Positions 7,252 to 10,575 of a DNA stretch of 10,575 bases are shown one piece after another. The stretch is from Candidatus Nanohaloarchaea archaeon. GTDB taxonomy: Archaea > Nanohalarchaeota > Nanosalinia > Nanosalinales > Nanosalinaceae. Each line of letters begins with the position of its first letter. The stretch's first letter is position 1. The position numbers and the translations under genes are program-made. The DNA lies in the NCBI GenBank assembly GCA_047617745.1, contig JBLGBN010000024.1:1-10575 (forward strand). Reading direction: 5' to 3'. Below the pieces are notes generated by a model. That model made no database searches, was not told where the DNA came from, and saw only the letters and a program-made list of their open reading frames with translations.

Positions 7252-7788
7252 ATGAAAGCAGTTTTTCTCGGAAGGTTCCAGCCTTTCCACCTCGGCCATC
7301 AAAAAGTAATAGAAAATTACAGAGAAGAGTACGACCTGAAACTTGTTATAGGAAGCGCCGACAAATCAAGAACTGAGGAAAATCCTCTGACCATTGAGGA
7401 AAGAGAGAAAATTATCCGCGAGTGTCACCCGGAAATCAAGATTCTACATAAGGATGATCATGAAGACGATGAAGAATGGGTAATCGGGCTCGAAGAAAAA
7501 GTTGACGCCGATCTGGTTATATCGCAAAACGAACTCGTGAAACAGCTTATAGATGACCACACCAATATGGAGGTAGTTGAACAGGAACTTTACGATGAAG
7601 AGATTTACTCGGGCACAGAGATTAGAAGAAGAATGAAATCAGGGGAGGAATGGAGGTATCTGGTACCTAACTGCGCAGTAGAATTAATAGACGACGTGGA
7701 GGAGATCATCAAGTCTTCAGGTATAAACTACGAGTTCGAACCAGGCTGGAAAAAAGAGAACGCTTTCCACGGCACTGCAGATGACTAA
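7252..7788 (+). CDS. nadM: Nicotinamide-nucleotide (NMN) adenylyltransferase, archaeal type
   Basis: GRFQPFHLGH (HxGH motif), VIGSA, ENPLTIEER, YSGTEIRRRM, WRYLVP. Confidence 0.9.
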   Translation: MKAVFLGRFQPFHLGHQKVIENYREEYDLKLVIGSADKSRTEENPLTIEEREKIIRECHPEIKILHKDDHEDDEEWVIGLEEKVDADLVISQNELVKQLIDDHTNMEVVEQELYDEEIYSGTEIRRRMKSGEEWRYLVPNCAVELIDDVEEIIKSSGINYEFEPGWKKENAFHGTADD

Positions 7789-7797
7789 TACACTTGT

Positions 7798-8292
7798 TCA
7801 ATCTCCAAGCTCATCAATGTATTTATCTAGATCTTTACCAGGGTATTCGCCTCCTGAAGGCAAAATCGCTCTCTGAGCTGCTAAAGTAATACTATTACCT
7901 CCAATCTCCTCTAAATTAACTTTCAGACCATATAAGCGTTCAATTTTCTCCGATAGCTCTGAAACACTTGGAAAACTACTTTTAGATACATATTCATCTG
8001 TTTCCAGTATTATTTCCTCGCAAGACTCTATCCCTGCCTTTGAACAAGCACTAAAAATGACGAAAGGTCCTTTATAGCCTCTATTCCTGACTTCTTTTAG
8101 GAATTCCAGCCCATTCATACCAGGCATATGGTAGTCTGTGACAAGCACATCCGGATAATCCTGTTCAAGCCGGTTAAACGCACCATCTACCGAATCAAAA
8201 GACTCTGCATTTATTTGATTACTATCTCTCTCCAGAAAAACTGCTGTCAGATTCGCCAAGTCAGGTTCGTCATCTACAACATAGACATCCAT
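7798..8292 (-). CDS. Stand-alone response-regulator receiver (REC) protein with short C-terminal tail
   Basis: VVDDE acidic pocket, phospho-acceptor Asp in VTDYHMPGMNGLEFL, Ser in IFSA, Lys in YVSK. No recognisable output domain; no kinase in the window. Confidence 0.9.
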   Translation of the reverse strand: MDVYVVDDEPDLANLTAVFLERDSNQINAESFDSVDGAFNRLEQDYPDVLVTDYHMPGMNGLEFLKEVRNRGYKGPFVIFSACSKAGIESCEEIILETDEYVSKSSFPSVSELSEKIERLYGLKVNLEEIGGNSITLAAQRAILPSGGEYPGKDLDKYIDELGD

Positions 8293-8375
8293 CTGCCTGA
8301 TCTAGTAGAAACAATGTTGAAGAACTGTTAAATCTATTCCGAGAAAGCTCTACTCTTCTCCTGAGAAGGAGAGAT

Positions 8376-8393
8376 GAAAACAGTCTTTTTATT
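8376..8393 (+). promoter_or_regulatory. Putative gap promoter (purine-rich BRE + TTTTTATT)
   Basis: GAAAA at 8376-8380 and TTTTTATT at 8386-8393, about 30 nt before ATG 8424. GTGAT at 8416-8420 may act as a weak Shine-Dalgarno. Confidence 0.45.
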
Positions 8394-8423
8394 CAAGCTC
8401 CGGCAACTTCTGCACGTGATAAA

Positions 8424-9449
8424 ATGGTAAAAGTCGTTGTAGCAGGAGTTGGCACAATCGGAAAAAGAGTGGCGGAAGCCGTCAAAAAACAGGATGATAT
8501 GGAGCTGTACGGAGTAGCGGACGTTTCCCAGACCGGAGGACTTAGAACGGTTCTCAGTGAGGGCGGCCCGCTATACGGAACCAGTTTATTCGCCTCCAAC
8601 GAGGACGGAAAGGAAAACCTGGAATCCCAGGGATTCTATGTCGAGGCTTTACTGGAGGAGAAACTGGATGAAATAGATGTAGTAGTTGACTGCACACCTC
8701 CAGGAATTGACGAGAAAAACAAGGAGAACCTGTACAAACCGCACGGTGTTAAAGCAGTTTTCCAGGGCGGCGCACCGGATGATATAGCAGAGGTAAAGTT
8801 CAACGCCGACGCAAACTACGAGGAAGGAAAAGGAGAGGATTTCATCAAAGTGGTCTCCTGCAACACCACCTCGCTTTCCAGAACAATGAGCGCGGTGGAC
8901 GAAAGTTTCGGAATAGAAGAGGCGACGGCCAACTTGGTCAGAAGAGGTGGAGACATTCCACAGGACTCCCGGGGGCCTATCAACTCCACCATACCTGTTA
9001 CAGAAGTTCCATCACACCACGGACCGGATGTACAGGCAGTGATGCCAAACCTAGACATCAAAACATTGGCGGTAAAAGTACCGGTAACTTATGGACACGT
9101 CCACATGGTCAACGTCGAACTGGAGGAAGACGCTTCCTCGGAAGAGGTGAAGCAGGCGTTCAGGGATCAGCCAAGAGTAAACCTAGTTAGTGCCGGTGAA
9201 GGATATGACTCAACCGGGAAGATCCATGAAAAGATGAGAGATCTGGAAAGACCGAGAAGTGATATGCCGGAGGCAGCAGTCTGGAAGGAAACAGTCAAAG
9301 TCGAAGACGGAACACTCTACTGGATCCACATGGTTCACCAGGAATCAATCGTCGTACCGGACAATGTAGACGCAATCAGAGCGATGTTCGAAATGGAGGA
9401 TAAAGGAACCAGCATTGCGAAAACCAATGAAGCGATGAACATCGAGTAA
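8424..9449 (+). CDS. gap: Glyceraldehyde-3-phosphate dehydrogenase, archaeal type II (phosphorylating)
   Basis: GVGTIGKRVA Rossmann motif, VVDCTP, FQGG, catalytic VVSCNTT, VRRGGD, PSHHGPDV, HQESIVVPDNVDAIRA. Confidence 0.96.
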   Translation: MVKVVVAGVGTIGKRVAEAVKKQDDMELYGVADVSQTGGLRTVLSEGGPLYGTSLFASNEDGKENLESQGFYVEALLEEKLDEIDVVVDCTPPGIDEKNKENLYKPHGVKAVFQGGAPDDIAEVKFNADANYEEGKGEDFIKVVSCNTTSLSRTMSAVDESFGIEEATANLVRRGGDIPQDSRGPINSTIPVTEVPSHHGPDVQAVMPNLDIKTLAVKVPVTYGHVHMVNVELEEDASSEEVKQAFRDQPRVNLVSAGEGYDSTGKIHEKMRDLERPRSDMPEAAVWKETVKVEDGTLYWIHMVHQESIVVPDNVDAIRAMFEMEDKGTSIAKTNEAMNIE

Positions 9450-9467
9450 ACTCAACAGCGTCTATAA

Positions 9468-9486
9468 TTTCTTACCTTTTTCTATT
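9468..9486 (+). terminator. Possible pyrimidine/T-rich terminator after gap
   Basis: TTTCTTACCTTTTTCTATT starting about 18 nt after the gap stop. It may also overlap a TATA (TATAAT 9463-9468) for the hydrolase. Confidence 0.4.
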
Positions 9487-9498
9487 CCAGTTAATTTC

Positions 9499-10257
9499 AT
9501 GGAGAAAGTAAGTTTCGAAAATAACCGGGGACTGGAACTGGTCGGCAACTTCTGGAAGGCGGATTCAGATGCTGGTATAGTGATGGTTCACGGCTTCACA
9601 GGTGATAAATCTGAACATGGATACTTCGATAAAGTAGCTGATGAACTGAACGAGGCAGGTTACAATGTTTTGGCATTCGACTTCGCTGGAAGTGGCGAGA
9701 GCGATGATGAGCCGTTGAGAATCAATAAACAAGTCGAAGACCTGGAAGTGGCTATTGACTATCTCAAATCCAAAAAAGTGGAGAGAATCGGGCTTTTTGG
9801 ACATAGTCAGGGCGGGCTTGTAGCGCTTAGAAACTACAACAAAGGTATTGAAACTATGGTTTTAACCTCTCCGGTTACAGATAGAATGGCGAATTATGCA
9901 GACGATCGTCTAGATGAAAGACAGAAATCTGAACTGGAGGAAAAAGGTCAATGGACAGTTTATCTCGACAAAGGTCCAAGAGAGAAAATAATAGTAGATC
10001 AGGAGATTATCAGAGAGAAAGAATCAATTAACCAAGACAAACTCCTCTCAAGAATTGATTGTCCTGTACTAATAATTCACGGGAACGAAGACGAAGTAGT
10101 ACCTATAGAATCCTCGAAGAAAGCTGTTCAAAAGCTTTCCAATTCCGAGCTGAAAGCAATTAAAGGATTAGACCATTCTTATGATAGATTCCTTGATCAA
10201 ATATCCGAATCTACTGTAAAATGGTTTGAAAAACATCTTCCGATTTCAGAAACATAA
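9499..10257 (+). CDS. Alpha/beta-fold serine hydrolase (esterase/peptidase S9-like)
   Basis: Oxyanion HGFTG, FDFAGSGES, nucleophile elbow GHSQGG, IIHGNEDEVVP (Asp) and GLDHSY (His): a complete Ser-Asp-His triad. Confidence 0.93.
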   Translation: MEKVSFENNRGLELVGNFWKADSDAGIVMVHGFTGDKSEHGYFDKVADELNEAGYNVLAFDFAGSGESDDEPLRINKQVEDLEVAIDYLKSKKVERIGLFGHSQGGLVALRNYNKGIETMVLTSPVTDRMANYADDRLDERQKSELEEKGQWTVYLDKGPREKIIVDQEIIREKESINQDKLLSRIDCPVLIIHGNEDEVVPIESSKKAVQKLSNSELKAIKGLDHSYDRFLDQISESTVKWFEKHLPISET

Positions 10258-10280
10258 AACAGATCTAACAAAGAAGTATT

Positions 10281-10575
10281 ATGAAACAGAAAATCCTTCT
10301 GGTTGGATGGGGTTATCCACCTAACATTGATGGCGGACTGGATATCCACGTCAAACACCTGTTCGAGGAGCTGTTAGAGCAGGGAATCGATGTAACTCTT
10401 GCTCTTCCTGAGCAGCGGGCACCTGACAGAGAGAATGTAATTTCCATCAAAGCAGGCAACGGCAACATGATACAGCAGGCGAGGAAAATGAGCGCGGAGA
10501 TAGCAGAGATCGCGGAAGATTACAATATTGTTCATACTCACGACTGGTTCGGCGCCGAGTCAGGCTTCAAGGCGA
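10281..10575 (+). CDS. Glycosyltransferase family 4 (GT-B), glycogen-synthase-like; partial, runs off the window
   Basis: Not in the ORF track because it has no stop in the window. My translation from ATG 10281: MKQKILLVGWGYPPNIDGGLDIHVKHLFEELLEQGIDVTLALP...YNIVHTHDWFGAESGFKA. W-x-YPP...GGL and HxHDW are GT4/GT5 N-terminal signatures. Confidence 0.88.
   Translation, partial: MKQKILLVGWGYPPNIDGGLDIHVKHLFEELLEQGIDVTLALPEQRAPDRENVISIKAGNGNMIQQARKMSAEIAEIAEDYNIVHTHDWFGAESGFKA

Noticed and set aside
8405..8421. GTGATA before gap as half of the Thermococcales glycolytic motif (TATCAC-N5-GTGATA)
   Set aside because: The left half-site is absent (AACTTC). It is better explained as a Shine-Dalgarno-like sequence.
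5133..9804. Remaining short alternative-frame or antisense ORFs (5133-5351, 5452-5694, 5558-5827, 6230-6427, 6349-6561, 6735-6971, 6764-6955, 6968-7153, 8128-8331, 8393-8599, 8816-9061, 9565-9804)
   Set aside because: All are nested in or opposite to motif-supported CDSs, with no independent evidence.
1..10575. CRISPR array, tRNA/rRNA, IS element, prophage or defence system
   Set aside because: No regularly spaced repeats, no intergenic gap over ~130 nt, and no transposase, integrase or nuclease motifs seen. The helicase is the housekeeping Hel308, not a Cas3 or defence helicase.

Overview
Gene-dense archaeal window. The proteins are strongly acidic (D/E-rich), GC is moderate (roughly 45-50% by eye), intergenic gaps are tiny, and several genes have BRE/TATA promoters. 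This fits an extreme halophile with a compact genome, most likely Nanohaloarchaeota (DPANN) rather than high-GC Halobacteria; the taxonomy is inferred. Gene order: Hel308 helicase (+); acidic orphan (-); fba (class I/DhnA aldolase)-fbp (class 1 FBPase) pair (-); small membrane protein (-) divergent from a PAP2 phosphatase (+); a tightly packed four-gene run (+) of a membrane PH-domain/zinc-ribbon protein, a peroxiredoxin-like thioredoxin-fold protein, a hypothetical (possible dead zincin) and NMN adenylyltransferase; an orphan low-GC response-regulator receiver (-) divergent from archaeal type II GAPDH (+); an alpha/beta hydrolase (+); and the 5' part of a GT4/glycogen-synthase-like glycosyltransferase (+, absent from the ORF track). 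I see no CRISPR array, RNA gene or mobile element. Most of this is housekeeping. The best leads are a TrmB-like site/hairpin upstream of gap, an apparently NAD-type Asp variant of the type II GAPDH, a gluconeogenesis-to-glucan neighbourhood, the uncharacterised four-gene operon, and two short operator-like elements near fba and PAP2. None is established as a new system from sequence alone.
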